Positions 1-10,980 of a DNA stretch of 32,000 bases are shown piece after piece. The stretch's first letter is position 1, and each line of letters starts with the position of its first letter. A program made the translations under genes and the position numbers. Source of the DNA: Methanococcus maripaludis (GTDB taxonomy: Archaea; AGJL01; Methanococci; Methanococcales; Methanococcaceae); assembly GCF_002945325.1 (NCBI RefSeq), contig NZ_CP026606.1, forward strand, positions 1,170,001-1,202,000. Direction: 5' to 3'. A model generated the notes under the pieces. The model was not told the DNA's origin. It saw nothing but the letters and a program-made list of their open reading frames with translations, and did not search any database.

Positions 1-99
1 ACCGAGTGTAACTACTGCAACACAGCTTTCAGGGTTACCCACTACGTATTCACCGTTAGCAACAGGCCATCCTGCTGCGGGGGCTTTTTTATCTGCCAT
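1..99 (-). CDS. mtrF: Methyl-H4MPT:CoM methyltransferase subunit F (MtrF), partial, N-terminal 33 codons only; gene continues beyond the window start
   Basis: Reverse-strand translation [33 protein letters not shown] from CAT at 97-99, preceded by AGGAGG; immediately downstream of mtrA, where mtrF sits in methanogens. Confidence 0.75.
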   Translation of the reverse strand, partial: MADKKAPAAGWPVANGEYVVGNPESCVAVVTLG

Positions 100-113
100 T
101 GTCTGCACCTCCT
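1..113. repeat. Copy 1 of a 113 bp near-identical repeat (mtrF 5' end)
   Basis: Matches 737-849 with a single mismatch (g79 vs t815); may extend beyond the window start. Confidence 0.97.
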
Positions 114-115
114 CC

Positions 116-835
116 TTAGAGTAATGAGAATATCACAATTGAAAGGAACAATCCTATTGCAATACCTTGGATTTTTCCGTTGTAGTATCCTGAGTTAAAT
201 TTAGCAATCATTGCAGCTTCATTCATTTTTTCGGAGACAATTCTCATTCTAGCTTCTAATAACGCCATTTCAGGTGAAGTAGGTTTAATTGAAGTGGATT
301 CTTCACCAGCAGCAGCTGCGCCACCTTCTAATTCAATAACCATAGGATCTTCTTCAAATGCTCCTGGGTCTTTTGAGATACAGTTTTTGATTGCATCTGA
401 AATTTTTCCAGTGTCTTCAACATCGATTAAATCAATGCATTCAACGATTTGGCTTTGAAGTCTTCCAACTGGTTCTGTTCCTACATTTTCCATGAAAGGA
501 ATAGCTCCTTTAGCTCCGATGATACCACCATCGTCACCAATTCCGTTTTCATATAATGCTTTGATACATTGTCCAGTAATGTGTCCTTGAACTTCTGATC
601 CAGTAATTACCATAAATCTAATGTTCGGGTTTGAAATGTAGTTTGCAACAACTTTTTCAATTCCTAAGTTTTCTGTGTGGCATGGTCCTGAAATAGCTGC
701 ACCAGCGTCAATTGCAGCCTGGTCCAAACCGTGGGAACCGAGTGTAACTACTGCAACACAGCTTTCAGGGTTACCCACTACGTATTCACCGTTAGCAACA
801 GGCCATCCTGCTGCTGGGGCTTTTTTATCTGCCAT
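116..835 (-). CDS. mtrA: Methyl-H4MPT:CoM methyltransferase subunit A (MtrA, corrinoid-binding)
   Basis: Protein [62 protein letters not shown]... with C-terminal TM helix; AGGAGGTG ribosome-binding site favours start at 835 over the tracked 844. Confidence 0.95.
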   Translation of the reverse strand: MADKKAPAAGWPVANGEYVVGNPESCVAVVTLGSHGLDQAAIDAGAAISGPCHTENLGIEKVVANYISNPNIRFMVITGSEVQGHITGQCIKALYENGIGDDGGIIGAKGAIPFMENVGTEPVGRLQSQIVECIDLIDVEDTGKISDAIKNCISKDPGAFEEDPMVIELEGGAAAAGEESTSIKPTSPEMALLEARMRIVSEKMNEAAMIAKFNSGYYNGKIQGIAIGLFLSIVIFSLL

Positions 836-849
836 TGTCTGCACCTCCT
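737..849. repeat. Copy 2 of the 113 bp near-identical repeat (mtrA 5' end)
   Basis: Matches 1-113 with a single mismatch, including ribosome-binding site and start codon. Confidence 0.97.
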
Positions 850-856
850 ATTCAGA

Positions 857-1183
857 TTACAACCCTATTAGGCTTAGATTCATTTTAACAGCCAATATAG
901 TTACAAGCACAAGAACTGCCATTGTTACCCAGAAACCAAAGAACATTCCTTGGAACATACCTGCAAGTTTGTAAGTTCCTTCCCTTCCAGCGTATGCTTT
1001 CATAGGTGTGTTTCTTGGATCAAGCGAGTTTTCTAATGCTTTTGCGTATTGTGCTAATTTGTTTATTTCGTCTTCAACAGGGTGTAAATCTACAACGAGA
1101 ATGTCTTTTCTCATTTCGGCTATTAAACCTGAGTCTACGTCCATTACTATGTGAAGTTCAGGACATACTTTGACGATATCCAT
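857..1183 (-). CDS. mtrB: Methyl-H4MPT:CoM methyltransferase subunit B
   Basis: 108 aa protein with single C-terminal TM segment, between mtrC and mtrA. Confidence 0.93.
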   Translation of the reverse strand: MDIVKVCPELHIVMDVDSGLIAEMRKDILVVDLHPVEDEINKLAQYAKALENSLDPRNTPMKAYAGREGTYKLAGMFQGMFFGFWVTMAVLVLVTILAVKMNLSLIGL

Positions 1184-1193
1184 CTATACCACC

Positions 1194-1982
1194 TTACTCT
1201 TTCTTAGGCAATTCTGGTACATATTTAACTTCGCAAGCGTCACCAAGTGACATTTTTACGAATGATCCGTAAGTGTATAACCAGAAGATTGCAGCTACTA
1301 CTATTGAAACTATGTCTAATTTTGCAATTGAGAATATCAACCATGCCATCAATCCACATGCAACTGCAAGAGTAATTGTTCTCTTGTGGCTTTCATCTGG
1401 GCCGATACATGCGTTGAATGGGTGTAAAATTGACATACCTGCTGCAATAAATGCCAATGCAATAACTCCGTTGTTGATTGCACCATTAATAATTAAATCA
1501 GCTGAAAATCCGCCTGCAAATGCAGTACAGAATCCTAAAATTGCTAAAGCACCCATTAATGAGAGTTTAGTCATACTTGAAACGATAATTGGTACTTTCA
1601 TTCCTACTGGATTTTGTGTTAATTTACCAACAATAAATCCAACAATTACTGCGATTACTGCAGCAAGGATTGGTGTAGCAAGTACTGGGAGTCCAAATGC
1701 TGAAGGTATTAAAACACCTGCCAATGCTGAAATTGTACCCATACCTAAACTTACCATTCCAATTGATGGAACACCTGTACCTAATCCGTAAGCGGCTACT
1801 CTTCTTGTAGTGTTTGCACCTGCAACACAAGCGCCCGCAGCTAATAACCCACCAATGAGCATAGCTAATGACGGAACAAATTGTGCAACGTACATTCCGA
1901 TGATTGATAATACAGCGCCGATAGCTAAAACCTGATCTTCAGGAAAAAGCTCTGCTGCGTGTCCTCCACCACCATGTGACAT
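1194..1982 (-). CDS. mtrC: Methyl-H4MPT:CoM methyltransferase subunit C
   Basis: 262 aa polytopic membrane protein [22 protein letters not shown]...; operon position. Confidence 0.95.
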   Translation of the reverse strand: MSHGGGGHAAELFPEDQVLAIGAVLSIIGMYVAQFVPSLAMLIGGLLAAGACVAGANTTRRVAAYGLGTGVPSIGMVSLGMGTISALAGVLIPSAFGLPVLATPILAAVIAVIVGFIVGKLTQNPVGMKVPIIVSSMTKLSLMGALAILGFCTAFAGGFSADLIINGAINNGVIALAFIAAGMSILHPFNACIGPDESHKRTITLAVACGLMAWLIFSIAKLDIVSIVVAAIFWLYTYGSFVKMSLGDACEVKYVPELPKKE

Positions 1983-2018
1983 AATTACACCTCAAATATT
2001 TTTGAAAACCATGCAGAC

Positions 2019-2726
2019 TTAAAGTCCCATAGCCATTCCAATTAATACTGCTCCTGCGATTAATGAAGAAACAAATGAAGCAATAACTCCGTTTGGCATT
2101 TTCTTAAATTTAGGGTCGTGGAATCCTTCGATTGTACCACCAATATTGTATGAAGCTAATACTGCGTTCATGAAGAAGAATCCAACTGCCAATACACCTG
2201 CAATAGCTGCAGCAAATCCTAACTGCTGGAGTGCGATGTATGCAAGAGCACCACCAAGACCACCAAGTGCTGCACCAATTGTACCACTTACGAAACAAAC
2301 GGTTGGAATACCGTGTCCTGTTGTACCTGGTGTAATGTATGGTTTTTGAATATCTCCTGTAATAGGGTCTTTTTCACATTTATCTGCTGCAGGGACGATA
2401 CCAATACCGTATACATAGATAATCTGACCAATTAACATTGTAAGACCTAACATGATCATTGCACCGACAGCACCAGATAACATGATTAATAACATGTGAA
2501 CTGGATTAGACAGTGAAACACCTGCTTGTGAAGCCATTGCAGCTGCAGCTAAGAGTCCAGTAAAACCTGCACCTGCTGCTAACTGTGTTGTACCTGTACC
2601 TACCCCTGTTGAAGTAGCCATCGCTGCTGGAGCACCACCTACTGGAACGAAGTGAACACTTGCGTTGATAATCGCTCCCGCAATGGTTATTTCCGCAAGA
2701 GGTAATATAAAGCTTGTAGCATCCAT
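2019..2726 (-). CDS. mtrD: Methyl-H4MPT:CoM methyltransferase subunit D
   Basis: 235 aa polytopic membrane protein; operon position. Confidence 0.95.
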
Positions 2727-2752
2727 AATATCACCAATCTTCCTTATTTTAA

Positions 2753-3652
2753 TTAATTTCTGTATGGTCCGTATTTGTTTCTAGCATATACCTCGAGTTT
2801 CCTGTTGATAACTGCTGCAACGGCCACTACTAAGAGACCTACTAAAAGTGCGATTGATGTTTTTGTTACTAAGTCTCCACCGATGATGTTACCGAGAATG
2901 CTTCTCCAGCCATCGAGGAAGATAATTAAACCAAAGCATAATCCTGTAAGTGGACCACCAAATCTTGAACAGAAGTATGAAGAATCTAAACCATTTCTTA
3001 CCCCATATTCTGCGTAAATATCGATGTCACCTTGGTTAGCAACAGGGATACCGCCACCGAATGGGTATTTTTGGTATTCTCTTTCAGCACCGTAGTGAAC
3101 GTCACCAGTTGATGAACCGATAGCACCTACAGTAATACCGAAGATCAATGAAACCAATGGTAATGGGAATGGGTTTCCTAATGCCGTTGTTGCTAAATAT
3201 GCAGCAAGAGTCATTGTGAAAACAGCTATAAATCCGTGTCCTACGATTGGACCTATGTGTGATGTAAGAACATCCATGTAAACAGGTTGTCCGAACTTTT
3301 TGGACTGACCTACAGTTCTTCCAAGGAATGCACTAACTGAGTAAGCACCGTGTACGATTGCAGCAACACCTGCACCCACGATTATCGCTAAAACAACGTT
3401 TAATCCTGCGTTTATTAGTGCCCAAGCAATGGTACCTGCAACTGCAACATACAAACCGTATGATACAGGTTCCCCAGATATAGCCTTGTTGAAGTATCTG
3501 TGAATATTGCCCATTTGCGGACCTAATTGAACCTGAGAGTTAGGGTTGGACTGTGAACCGACGTCGGATTCCAAGTCTTCAGCACAACCAGAAACAGTCG
3601 CAGCTGCTCCTGCTAGGGCCAATGCCCCCAGAGAAATCAATGTTGGATCCAT
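2753..3652 (-). CDS. mtrE: Methyl-H4MPT:CoM methyltransferase subunit E
   Basis: 299 aa, [48 protein letters not shown]... characteristic of MtrE; first gene of mtr operon. Confidence 0.96.
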
Positions 3653-3880
3653 TATTTCACCTCACAATATAAGGGACTGTTAGCTATGCCTTTATTGGCT
3701 TTTTAAGCCTAGAGATATATCTATGCCGTTAGCTATTCAGTTATTATCTTGTTATATGATATATATTACTTTGTATTCCGTTTTTCATCGAATAACGTCT
3801 AATATTTTCTTTAATTTAATTAAAGTATATTTTAATTAATCTATATTGTTAACGATTATGAAACAATATATAATAAGTAT

Positions 3881-3905
3881 AAAAAAAGGAAGCCAAGTGG
3901 CTCCC
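3881..3905 (-). terminator. Candidate terminator / 3' hairpin of the mcr operon
   Basis: Minus strand reads GGGAGCCA-CT-TGGCTTCC followed by TTTTTTT, immediately after the mcrA stop. Confidence 0.6.
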
Positions 3906-3919
3906 TTAAATTATAGAAT

Positions 3920-5581
3920 TTATTTAGCAGGTAAGATAACGTCTCTTTCTCCTGCAGCTTCGAATTCTCTTAATGCTCCCCTAGCAATTTCTTTTCTAGG
4001 TTTGGAGAAATCGAATACGAGCATTGGGTCAGCGAATGCAACTTTTACCAATGGGTTAAGTGCAAATGCGTCTCCTCTTGCAGAGTGAGCAGCTTGTGCA
4101 ATACCTGCGTATTCTCCCTGGTGACCTACGTTCATCGCGTAGTTAGGGTAGTTAGGTCCTCTTAATTCAAGAGGTGCAGCTTCGTCGTTTCTGATTGCGA
4201 GTGAGTTTGAAGCACCACACTGGTCCTGCAAGTCGTAACCGTAGAATCCGAGTCTGCTGTGGTATTCTTTGTGTAAGATTTGTGATAAGTACCAGCCGTT
4301 TACACCAGCGTTTGAGTTTCCTGTTGCCATACATACACCAATACCTGATGCAGCAGCAGCAACTGCAGCTCTTTGTGATCCACCGAAGTGGTCTTCTAAT
4401 AATGCTGGGTAGTCATCGTACTGTTCTAATGCGTAGAGTGTAACTTCTCCAGCAACATCTTCTACTACATCCATTGTAGCTTTTGTTCCCATTCTACCGT
4501 ATTTTTTCTCAACGTAGTCGAGTGCGTAGTATGAGAAGTCATCTAAGATATCGTCGGTGTATGATGCGGTAGCGTATTGAGTGAATCCTATACCACCAGA
4601 CATGTATGCACCGAGCCAGATTTGGTCATATAAAGCAGCACCTGTTGCTACTACTTCTAATGATTGTTCAACTGGGTCTTCTGAAACTCTTGTTGTTTGT
4701 ACAACATCGGAGAGAATACCGAATCTGATTCCTCCTGGTTCGTTTGGACCTCTTGCTCTTCTTCCTGGTAAAGCATTACCCATCTGAATTACATCAGCGT
4801 GTTTTGAAGCGTATGAGAAGTCAGCTGTTGCAGCTTCCCCTGCACAAAGTTTGTATGCGGTAATGAATGACATTCCGATCTGCATTGCAGACCATCTTGA
4901 GATTGTACCACCGTCACATACTCTACCTACGAGTGATGGAACTCTTGATACTTGGTATGTTTTTTTACCAATTGCAGCTTTTAATGTTTCAGCTTGTTCT
5001 TCAGGGAATAATTTGTTGATGTCGATTAAGAATCTGCTGTCTAATTCGTCAGCTAATTCATCGTCACCGGTGAAGATTCTAGCGTAACAGTCCCATGCAA
5101 GGGAAGGGTGAACTTCAACCATGTGTTCCTGAACAACAGCTCCTCCTGGAAGGGAGTGGTTGATTGTGTGCATGTATTCGTTGATTGTTTCAGGAGTTAC
5201 TTCTACACCCAATCTTTTTTCTAAAACTGAGTGAGCAGTGTCCATACCTACAATAACAGTTCTTCTGATATCGTCCCATAATTGTTGGATAGCAGCGTTG
5301 TTTAAGAAGTGTAAATCGTCACCTTCACAGTAGTCGTCAGTGTTTGACAATTTGTAAGGCATTAATTTTCTCTGTCCTAGAGGAACACCAATATCTGGGT
5401 TGTAGAGTGGGATTCCTTGTCTTTTTTCAGCTACTATTTTTTCATTAGCTTCAACAAATTCTCTTTTTCTAGCAGATTGTTCCCAACCGCCAAAAGTATA
5501 GAATTTTGTGTACTTTTCTTTAGGGTCTTCTTCGAATTTTTCCTTTAAGGCTTTCAAAAATAATCTTTTTTCAGCTTCCAT
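3920..5581 (-). CDS. mcrA: Methyl-coenzyme M reductase alpha subunit
   Basis: 553 aa; MCR motifs [14 protein letters not shown] and [16 protein letters not shown]. Confidence 0.99.
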   Translation of the reverse strand: MEAEKRLFLKALKEKFEEDPKEKYTKFYTFGGWEQSARKREFVEANEKIVAEKRQGIPLYNPDIGVPLGQRKLMPYKLSNTDDYCEGDDLHFLNNAAIQQLWDDIRRTVIVGMDTAHSVLEKRLGVEVTPETINEYMHTINHSLPGGAVVQEHMVEVHPSLAWDCYARIFTGDDELADELDSRFLIDINKLFPEEQAETLKAAIGKKTYQVSRVPSLVGRVCDGGTISRWSAMQIGMSFITAYKLCAGEAATADFSYASKHADVIQMGNALPGRRARGPNEPGGIRFGILSDVVQTTRVSEDPVEQSLEVVATGAALYDQIWLGAYMSGGIGFTQYATASYTDDILDDFSYYALDYVEKKYGRMGTKATMDVVEDVAGEVTLYALEQYDDYPALLEDHFGGSQRAAVAAAASGIGVCMATGNSNAGVNGWYLSQILHKEYHSRLGFYGYDLQDQCGASNSLAIRNDEAAPLELRGPNYPNYAMNVGHQGEYAGIAQAAHSARGDAFALNPLVKVAFADPMLVFDFSKPRKEIARGALREFEAAGERDVILPAK

Positions 5582-5628
5582 AAGTTCACCTCAATGGTTT
5601 AAGAGGTTTTTTTTAATTTAAAATTTAA

Positions 5629-6411
5629 TTATAATCCTTTGAATGTTTCGTTTGTAGGGATGTATCCACCGAGTGTTCTTGCTCTGTGAATTCTTTTTAC
5701 AACTTCGATAACGTCAGGATCTGCTCTCATTGCAACACCATCGTTTCTGTAGATGGTTGTAATTTCTCTTAATTTTGCTTCAGGGATTGGTTCTCCAACG
5801 TCAACAGGTGCATCGAGTGGTTTTCCCACCTGATCTTTTACGTACATAACGTGTCCGGTTTTTTCGTCGAATACACATCTTTGGAGTGCATCAAACATCA
5901 TACCGTTTTCGTCTAATCTTAATGAGTGTCCGTGTACGGTTGCACCTCTCATACCTGATGTAGCAGGGTCAAAGAGTTCTGTATCCATGAGTATGTTTTT
6001 GGAGAATTCTTCAAGGTCACTTTCTCTACATTCAACAACTTGCCTTCCTGAGAGTGTACCTGCGTCTACTCCTCTTAATCTTGACATGTATGATCTTGAT
6101 CTGTCGTATGGTTGAGCAGGAGCAAAGTACATTGAGTCAGCAAACTGAATGTATCTAACTCTGTGTCCTTCTTTAGCACCGTTTAATGGTTCTACTAAGT
6201 CTCTTGCGTAGTCTTCTACGAAGTCCATTTCTTCAAGTGGAGGGTGAACTGTTTTGTAGTCTTCACCAGGTTGTCTGTGTCCCATGATTTTTACAACATC
6301 TTCATCAGGGATTTCTCTTAATTTTTCCAATTCATAGTTTGGATTCAAGTGATTTCGTCTGTTTTCAGCAACTTTTGTTGCACCAGGGTAGAACTGAGGC
6401 GTGTATGCCAT
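5629..6411 (-). CDS. mcrG: Methyl-coenzyme M reductase gamma subunit
   Basis: 260 aa MAYTPQFYPGATKVAENRRNHLNPNYELEKLREIPDEDVVKIMGHRQPGEDYKTVHPPLEE; operon context. Confidence 0.98.
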   Translation of the reverse strand: MAYTPQFYPGATKVAENRRNHLNPNYELEKLREIPDEDVVKIMGHRQPGEDYKTVHPPLEEMDFVEDYARDLVEPLNGAKEGHRVRYIQFADSMYFAPAQPYDRSRSYMSRLRGVDAGTLSGRQVVECRESDLEEFSKNILMDTELFDPATSGMRGATVHGHSLRLDENGMMFDALQRCVFDEKTGHVMYVKDQVGKPLDAPVDVGEPIPEAKLREITTIYRNDGVAMRADPDVIEVVKRIHRARTLGGYIPTNETFKGL

Positions 6412-6420
6412 AAGATCACC

Positions 6421-7017
6421 TTAACCTAAATGTTTTTTTATGCTTTCAATGATTTCATCAATTTTTTTTTGAGGAGCTGATTCTCCTCTTATTACGCCAG
6501 TAATAATTTCAACGATTTTACCTTCAGTTTTTGATTCCAAAGGCATTACATTTTTCGTTTTTATTCCAATTGCTGCGAAATCTTCCATATCTACTGGAGT
6601 TTGGCAAACAATTATTGTAGGAATATCCACGTATTTTAAGAATAATCTAGCTTTGTAAATTATGTGGCTTTTTACATTTCCAAAATGTATTACACATAAT
6701 TTATGCCTATTAACTTGTTTAGCTTCTTCGGGTTTAAGTCCAAAAGTGGAACCCAAACTTCCTTGTGGAGCATCTGACGGAATTCCCCCTCCTGCATCTA
6801 ATACAAGAACGCTGGTCTGAATTCCCGCTTCCCTTATTCCATAGGTAATTTCGCACACGGGTTTTGTAATGTGCCTTCTCCCTGGAGACATTGCAACAAC
6901 AACCACGTCGTTACGTAGCCCTTCTGCAAATGTTCCTCTTTGTGCAAGTCCGCCTCCTTCACCAAGACCCATAACAGCCCTACAATCAACGATCTGCTCT
7001 TTTCTACCTACTGGCAT
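6421..7017 (-). CDS. mcrC: Methyl-coenzyme M reductase operon protein C (MCR activation component)
   Basis: 198 aa [32 protein letters not shown]... between mcrD and mcrG. Confidence 0.95.
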   Translation of the reverse strand: MPVGRKEQIVDCRAVMGLGEGGGLAQRGTFAEGLRNDVVVVAMSPGRRHITKPVCEITYGIREAGIQTSVLVLDAGGGIPSDAPQGSLGSTFGLKPEEAKQVNRHKLCVIHFGNVKSHIIYKARLFLKYVDIPTIIVCQTPVDMEDFAAIGIKTKNVMPLESKTEGKIVEIITGVIRGESAPQKKIDEIIESIKKHLG

Positions 7018-7025
7018 AAAATCAC

Positions 7026-7505
7026 TTACTCGTTTTTTTCGCTCTTTGGGATAATTGTGACAGAAGAATCAAACTTACTTCTGGGGTCAGTTGCACCTAA
7101 TAATCTTTTGTCGATATCATCAACAGCAGATTCCCCGTATTTTATGAAATCCGATACTGTAGGGTCGTTCCTTAAGAATTTACCCTTTGTTAACCGGTAT
7201 CCAAATGGGAAAAGATCCTTACAGATTTCTTCGATTTTTTCAATTTCGCTTTCATCATCCAGTAAAACCCATAACCTTCCAACTTGAAGCATGAGTTCTA
7301 CAGGGACTCCCTTAACAGTAATTTCCCTTTTTTCCGAGTGATTTACAGGAGTTCCTTTAGCTGGACCATATCCAACTTTATTGGGAAGAGATTCTCCATG
7401 TATGACTACTCTTTGAACTTTACTCAATGAATAAGCGCGGTTCAGGAATTTTTCGGTAGTTTCTGCTTTTAAATACCTATGTGGGAAGACTTCTAATTCA
7501 ATCAT
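7026..7505 (-). CDS. mcrD: Methyl-coenzyme M reductase operon protein D
   Basis: 159 aa [27 protein letters not shown]...; between mcrB and mcrC. Confidence 0.95.
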   Translation of the reverse strand: MIELEVFPHRYLKAETTEKFLNRAYSLSKVQRVVIHGESLPNKVGYGPAKGTPVNHSEKREITVKGVPVELMLQVGRLWVLLDDESEIEKIEEICKDLFPFGYRLTKGKFLRNDPTVSDFIKYGESAVDDIDKRLLGATDPRSKFDSSVTIIPKSEKNE

Positions 7506-7516
7506 CGTTTATTACC

Positions 7517-8848
7517 TTAAAACTGGTCTTTAATGCTTAAAGCTCCTTCAATTACGTATTTCATTGGTTCTCTGAATTCATCAAATGCTGAGTATACTGA
7601 ACCAACTAATCCTGAAGTGTGTTCAGGTGAGAACATTTGTGTACCTGCATCTGCACACATTGCTGCACATACTGGAGGAATTGCGAATCCTTTGGAGTGT
7701 CTGGTTACAACGTGGTTACCGTTAAAGATACCAGGTCCACCACCACCGTAGATTGAGTGTGAGAAGAATGAGAATCCTACTGCAGTACCCATTGATCTAC
7801 CGTAGTCAACACCAGGTAAACCAGTTTCGTACTCTAAAATATCGTTGAAGTATAAAATAACTGAAGCAACGTTCTGTGCTGCTCTTGCTGCACCACAGCT
7901 TACTGCAACTGCTGCAACTAATCCTGCTGCTGCGTATGCATTCCATTTGTTTACGTCAGCTGGTTTGTACATGTTGAATCCTGAGCTCATTGTTTTGTCA
8001 ACAACGATTACGCCGTCAGCAATGGCTCTATCAATAACTGTTTCTACAACTGAACCAACAGTTCCTTTTGCATTTGCTTTAATAAAGTCAATAACTAAGT
8101 TATCAGCGTTTAATCCTTGGTAAGCTAAACCAAGTAAGTGCTGTCTTTCGAATGATCCTACTGCGTCACCCATTTCGAATGTTGCAGTTTGTTCCATAAC
8201 TGATGAGAATGCAATAGCGTTCATCATGTTTTTCTTGGTTGTAGCAACTGCGTGGTTAACTGGAATGTTTCTTAAAGCGTAACCTAAACCTTCCATCATT
8301 GAAGGTGCACCTAAGAGTGATGCAATGTTACTGCCTGCGTAATCCATAACCTGTGGGTAGTTACCAACAATTGCAGCGTGCACTGTTGAACCATCGAACA
8401 TGTCGATGTTGAATGTTTTAATAAGTGCTTCTTTTAATGCCATAGCAGTTGAAAGCATGGATACTGAGTATTCTGCAGCTACTTCCAATCTTGCGGTTGG
8501 AACTTGCACAGCTAACTGTTTTCCACCGTTGATTATTTTTACTGCTGTATCGTCGTCTTCGGATACTTTTAAGATTTTTTCTACTTCGTCAGCAATTGCT
8601 TGAGCATTGCTTACTGCAGATATATCCAAAGTTCTTCCTGGAACTTGACAGCCTTTTCCACCGATTTTACCTGCAGCTAAGGTACCTTCGATACCAGCTA
8701 GGTTCACAGCAACTGTTCTTTTGATGTTCTTTACCATACTTTTTATGGTAGGGTTGTATAATGGGCTAATAGCTTCTAATGGTACATTTTCGGCTACTAG
8801 GTTTCCTTTCGCATCGTACAAACTTATCTTATCTTCATACTTTACCAT
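7517..8848 (-). CDS. mcrB: Methyl-coenzyme M reductase beta subunit
   Basis: [35 protein letters not shown]...; start at the second ATG (8848) judged more likely than the tracked 8857. Confidence 0.97.
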   Translation of the reverse strand: MVKYEDKISLYDAKGNLVAENVPLEAISPLYNPTIKSMVKNIKRTVAVNLAGIEGTLAAGKIGGKGCQVPGRTLDISAVSNAQAIADEVEKILKVSEDDDTAVKIINGGKQLAVQVPTARLEVAAEYSVSMLSTAMALKEALIKTFNIDMFDGSTVHAAIVGNYPQVMDYAGSNIASLLGAPSMMEGLGYALRNIPVNHAVATTKKNMMNAIAFSSVMEQTATFEMGDAVGSFERQHLLGLAYQGLNADNLVIDFIKANAKGTVGSVVETVIDRAIADGVIVVDKTMSSGFNMYKPADVNKWNAYAAAGLVAAVAVSCGAARAAQNVASVILYFNDILEYETGLPGVDYGRSMGTAVGFSFFSHSIYGGGGPGIFNGNHVVTRHSKGFAIPPVCAAMCADAGTQMFSPEHTSGLVGSVYSAFDEFREPMKYVIEGALSIKDQF

Positions 8849-9107
8849 AGGAACCACTCCTATTTTTTTGATATATACATCATAACATTACTGAAAGAAT
8901 ATATATTCAAGTTTTCATTAAACTCAAATAGAAAAATATATATACTCTCCATCATCGATTAAGTTTTAGATTAGGTTAAATATCTCGATTTTTAGTACGT
9001 AATACTGTGTTAAATCGAAATTAACCCTGCTATTGTTGAGATAAAACGGATGTTTTTAATAGATTATTATTGATTACTATTTTTATAAAGCTAAATAAGA
9101 TGGTAAT

Positions 9108-10418
9108 ATGAACCAAAAGTTTGGATTTAATAATATTGATGCGGGTTTTGGCTTTGAAGATACGGATAATAACGATTCAAATGACAAATCCCAGCTGTTA
9201 ATCGACCTTAAAGGGGAACCTGGAAAGAATTGTGGCGGTTTTTGTAAATTTTGCTACTTTAGGAAAGTTAATTTTAATAATCCTGAACCTTTAGGCTGTG
9301 GGCAGTGCACATTCCAGATAGGATGCGACTACTGTACAAATTCGATAAGGGAAATCAATGGAAACTTTATTCCCGTACCTTTTGCAATCGAACAGGTTCA
9401 GAACGCGATAATATTCAAAAGATATGAAAAAGTAAATATTACAAGCGGTGGAGACACTAGTTACTACCCATATCTTGAGGATTTATGCAAAATAATCAAT
9501 GAAATGGGTTTAAAGATACACTTAGGTTATACTTCGGGTAAGGGGTTAAAAGGTATCGAATCGGCAAAATATCTTGTGGATTCCGGTGTAGACGAAGTCA
9601 CATTTTCTGTTTTTTCTACAGATCCCAATCTTAGAAAAGAATGGATGAATGATAAAAATCCAGAACAATCTCTTGAATGTTTAAAATATTTTTGTGAGAA
9701 TTGTGAAACCCACTGTGCGATAATCGTAATTCCTGGGGTGAATGATGGCGAAGTATTAAAAAATACTATTTCAGATCTCGTTTCATGGGGTGCGAATGCC
9801 GTAATACTGATGAGGTTTGCAAATAATGTTGAAAATGGACTTATTTTTGGAAATGAACCATTAATTGAAGAGATACCTGTTCATACGGTCGAAGAATTTG
9901 GGACTTTGGTAAAAGAAATGCACGAATTATTTGGAAATAGCGTAAGAATTTCTGGAACTCCAGTATATGACCCAATAACAAACACGCCATTCGCAATTTG
10001 TCACGAAGAGGAAATTTTGAATGAACTCAGGGCTAAAATTAAAGCACAAGCAACGATAATTACCGGAAATGTTTCTTATATATATTTAAGCAAAATTTTC
10101 GAAAACACGCCGATAAAGGTTATATCTGTAAACAAAGATATTGCAGATTTAATTACAAAAACAGACCTTGAAACAGTTGATTTATCACAAGTAACTGATA
10201 CTGTACTTTATCCTGTAAATGCACTTGTTCACGAAAGAGATGCAGAAGATATTTTTACAAAAGATGGAATGAAAAGAATAGTTTTAAAGGGAATTGATAA
10301 ATTAACAATGGATGGCGAAGTTTCAGGAATTTTCACCAAAGAAGAAGCAATAGAATTTGAAGTAAATGCATTTAATGAATTAATTGAAAAAATAAATTTC
10401 TTTGGAAATCCTGTTTAA
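9108..10418 (+). CDS. mmp10: Methanogenesis marker protein 10: radical SAM protein, McrA arginine C-methyltransferase family
   Basis: CGGFCKFC (CX3CX2C) radical SAM cysteine motif, multi-cysteine segment [16 protein letters not shown]-barrel-like [11 protein letters not shown]; divergent from the mcr operon. Confidence 0.88.
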   Translation: MNQKFGFNNIDAGFGFEDTDNNDSNDKSQLLIDLKGEPGKNCGGFCKFCYFRKVNFNNPEPLGCGQCTFQIGCDYCTNSIREINGNFIPVPFAIEQVQNAIIFKRYEKVNITSGGDTSYYPYLEDLCKIINEMGLKIHLGYTSGKGLKGIESAKYLVDSGVDEVTFSVFSTDPNLRKEWMNDKNPEQSLECLKYFCENCETHCAIIVIPGVNDGEVLKNTISDLVSWGANAVILMRFANNVENGLIFGNEPLIEEIPVHTVEEFGTLVKEMHELFGNSVRISGTPVYDPITNTPFAICHEEEILNELRAKIKAQATIITGNVSYIYLSKIFENTPIKVISVNKDIADLITKTDLETVDLSQVTDTVLYPVNALVHERDAEDIFTKDGMKRIVLKGIDKLTMDGEVSGIFTKEEAIEFEVNAFNELIEKINFFGNPV

Positions 10419-10456
10419 TTTTTTTAATTTTTTTTATAATTAAATATAATTATAAA

Positions 10457-10491
10457 TTTAGATATACAAATTAATTTATCCAAAAAGAAAA
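10457..10491. repeat. Intergenic element copy A (diverged)
   Basis: TTTAGATATACAAATTAATTTATCCAAAAAGAAAA between the convergent mmp10 and tRNA-Met genes. Confidence 0.7.
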
Positions 10492-10492
10492 A

Positions 10493-10607
10493 TGCCGAGG
10501 GGGGGACTTGAACCCCCGACCTCTCGGTTTCCCAGGACCCAAGGGGAAGAACCCCTTAGGAATTTCCGTATGAGCCGAGCGCTATAACCAGCCTAAGCCA
10601 CCTCGGC
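10493..10607 (-). tRNA. tRNA-Met (CAT, elongator-type) with a ~40 nt intron after position 37
   Basis: Minus strand: acceptor GCCGAGG/CCTCGGC, D arm GCTTAGGCTGGTTATAGC, anticodon stem CTCGG / CCGAG with loop CTCATA...A interrupted by ~10529-10568, T arm GGGGGTTCAAGTCCCCC; anticodon complement at 10570-10572. Confidence 0.9.
10529..10568 (-). other. Archaeal tRNA intron (37/38 position), boundaries approximate
   Basis: Sequence CGGAAATTCCTAAGGGGTTCTTCCCCTTGGGTCCTGGGAA interrupts the anticodon loop; contains internal AAGGGG...CCCCTT hairpin consistent with a bulge-helix-bulge precursor. Confidence 0.75.
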
Positions 10608-10643
10608 AATGTGCTTCATCAAAGCATCTTAAAGTAAGCAGAA

Positions 10644-10656
10644 CAAATATATATAG
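10644..10656 (-). promoter_or_regulatory. Candidate TATA box (box A) for tRNA-Met
   Basis: Minus strand CTATATATATTTG, ~24 nt upstream of an ATGC box-B-like start. Confidence 0.55.
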
Positions 10657-10668
10657 TTTTTGTAGAAA

Positions 10669-10679
10669 GTTTTATATAC
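10669..10679 (+). promoter_or_regulatory. Candidate TATA box (box A) for tRNA-Leu
   Basis: GTTTTATATAC about 27 nt upstream of ATGC at 10699-10702. Confidence 0.6.
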
Positions 10680-10736
10680 TGAAATACAAAACTACACTAT
10701 GCTTAATTGAATAAGCACTTTTCAAAGGTTCACTGT

Positions 10737-10821
10737 GCGAGGGTTGCCAAGCCTGGTTAAAGGCGCTAGGTTGAGGGCCTAGTCTCATAGGAGTTCGAGG
10801 GTTCGAATCCCTTCCCTCGCA
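10737..10821 (+). tRNA. tRNA-Leu (GAG)
   Basis: GCGAGGG ... CTAGG TTGAGGG CCTAG ... long variable arm TCTCATAGGAG ... GAGGGTTCGAATCCCTT, CCCTCGC acceptor end. Confidence 0.95.
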
Positions 10822-10980
10822 TATTTTTTAAAACAAAATGCGTTTTTTATAAAGTTTATTTTAAAAATGATTTTTTCATAATCTATACTAATATTATTTT
10901 ATCTAAATTTTTTAATTTTTACACCATTCTATATATAAAAGTCGGAAGAATATTTTTATTATAATCATCGAAGGGATAAT

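Noticed and set aside
1273-1791. 172 aa plus-strand ORF opposite mtrC
   Set aside because: Shadow ORF overlapping a confidently identified gene; no domain-like composition or ribosome-binding support.
3881-3905. Considered as a regulatory hairpin of the mtr operon
   Set aside because: Orientation and T-tract fit a minus-strand terminator after mcrA better.
7533-8603. Several plus-strand ORFs opposite mcrB (7533-7751, 7845-8123, 8400-8603)
   Set aside because: Mirror-frame ORFs of a strongly biased, highly expressed gene; not supported as coding.
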